DNA from: a virus
Strand: one strand, 5' to 3'
Virus record (IMG/VR): IMGVR_UViG_3300045988_118684
Location: 1-40,712 of that record
DNA: 40,712 nucleotides
Below are positions 39,996-40,712 of this stretch, one piece after another. Under the pieces are notes generated by a model, which worked only from the letters and a program-made list of their open reading frames with translations, was not told where the DNA came from and ran no database searches. Each line of letters starts with the position of its first letter. Position 1 is the first letter of the stretch. Made by a program: the position numbers and the translations under genes.

Positions 39996-40667
39996 ATGAA
40001 AAAATCTTTGTTGGCTGGGCTATCTGTACTGTCTGTTTTTTTGCTTTCGTCTTGCGGAAATAGCTCTAATTCCTCCGCTAACGCCAATAGCAAAACGCAA
40101 AAATCAGAGGCTTCAAAAACGTCAAAAACTACCACTAAGCGAGTACATGGAAAATTAACTAAGGTTGGAACTTATTCAGTCAGAAATGGTGTAAAAGCTA
40201 CTTTGGTTAAAATATTTCACCCAAGTCAAAAACTTACTTTTAAAGAAGATCATAAGAGCATAGATGTCGGTTTTGACGATATAAAAATTATTGAAAATGA
40301 TATTCAAGATTCGTCAATTAAAAAGGATCTAGAGGATGTCTATAAAACAAGCATTTCTGGCAACAAATTTTATACCGTTCAAATTGACTTCAATTTAACC
40401 AACAAAACTGGTAATGATGCATACTTGGAGGGTCTCAGCACCCTAACTATAGGAAACAGAAGCCTTAGTGACGGTCAATTTTACGATCCCACTCCGGGTG
40501 TAACAGTATCGAATAACGCTACTTATTCAAACAGCATTGTCGCTGTCGTTGACAAAAATGAAACAAACTTTTCTAGGCTTGGAATTGCTTTCGAAAATAT
40601 TGACGAGCCAGGCCAATCAAATATGTTAATGCAGCCAACATCTTCACAATATCTTAGCTTAAATTAG
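39996..40667 (+). CDS. Lipoprotein between cI and int (superinfection-exclusion candidate)
   Basis: The ATG at 39996 follows GGAGGAATTCACT. The signal peptide plus lipobox is MKKSLLAGLSVLSVFLLSS|C. The mature part is beta-rich. Confidence 0.8.
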   Translation: MKKSLLAGLSVLSVFLLSSCGNSSNSSANANSKTQKSEASKTSKTTTKRVHGKLTKVGTYSVRNGVKATLVKIFHPSQKLTFKEDHKSIDVGFDDIKIIENDIQDSSIKKDLEDVYKTSISGNKFYTVQIDFNLTNKTGNDAYLEGLSTLTIGNRSLSDGQFYDPTPGVTVSNNATYSNSIVAVVDKNETNFSRLGIAFENIDEPGQSNMLMQPTSSQYLSLN

Positions 40668-40712
40668 TCCCTTCCCCCACGCAAGCGGCGTCCCCGTGCA
40701 AGCCGGAGAGTG
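40594..40712. repeat. Terminal direct repeat, copy 2
   Basis: Exact 119-nt match to 1..119. Confidence 0.95.

Larger units (their letters stand above)
1..40712. mobile_element. Complete temperate siphovirus-type phage genome, circularly permuted (unit 40,593 bp)
   Basis: Lysogeny, early/replication, packaging, head, tail and lysis modules are all present. Bases 1..119 are identical to 40594..40712. Confidence 0.9.

Overview
This window is a complete, circularly permuted genome of a temperate siphovirus-type phage. The unit length is 40,593 bp, because bases 1..119 are repeated exactly at 40594..40712. The gene repertoire is typical of Lactobacillaceae phages; the host assignment is inferred from protein families only. 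The lysogeny module lies on the + strand: cI-like S24 repressor 39161..39943, lipoprotein 39996..40667, and integrase 239..1366, with a candidate attP just downstream of int. Almost everything else is on the - strand. In - strand order this is: cro-like gene and antirepressor, a DUF1351/Erf/HNH/SSB recombination module, a DnaD-like organizer with in-gene iterons plus a DnaC-like loader, a block of small early genes, and the ArpU late regulator. These are followed by HNH plus P27-type TerS/TerL with a probable cos site, HK97-type portal/ClpP protease/capsid, and connector proteins. The tail and lysis genes come last: major tail protein, G/GT chaperone, tape measure, an oversized Dit, a 1142-aa modular Tal, XkdX, holin, and a signal-peptide GH25 endolysin. 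Non-obvious observations: (1) a second, arm-less tyrosine recombinase is translationally coupled to an N6-MTase-like gene that lacks the catalytic motif, and is followed by a triple-HTH protein, all in the middle of the early region; (2) there are three probable -1 recoding sites in the virion genes (capsid extension with a HeH-like motif behind a 22-6-22 palindrome, Ig-like extension of the tail tube protein, and G/GT); (3) there are three compact counter-oriented promoter/terminator units that look like cis-antisense RNAs, opposite the int start, the ArpU leader, and the gap after the antirepressor; (4) a counter-oriented two-gene island converges on a DUF2829 (Tad2-like) candidate; (5) a tRNA-like T-arm/acceptor fragment lies in the largest non-coding gap; (6) the genetic switch has overlapping palindromic operators plus a distal operator inside cro. 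All family assignments come from motif recognition by eye and need profile searches.
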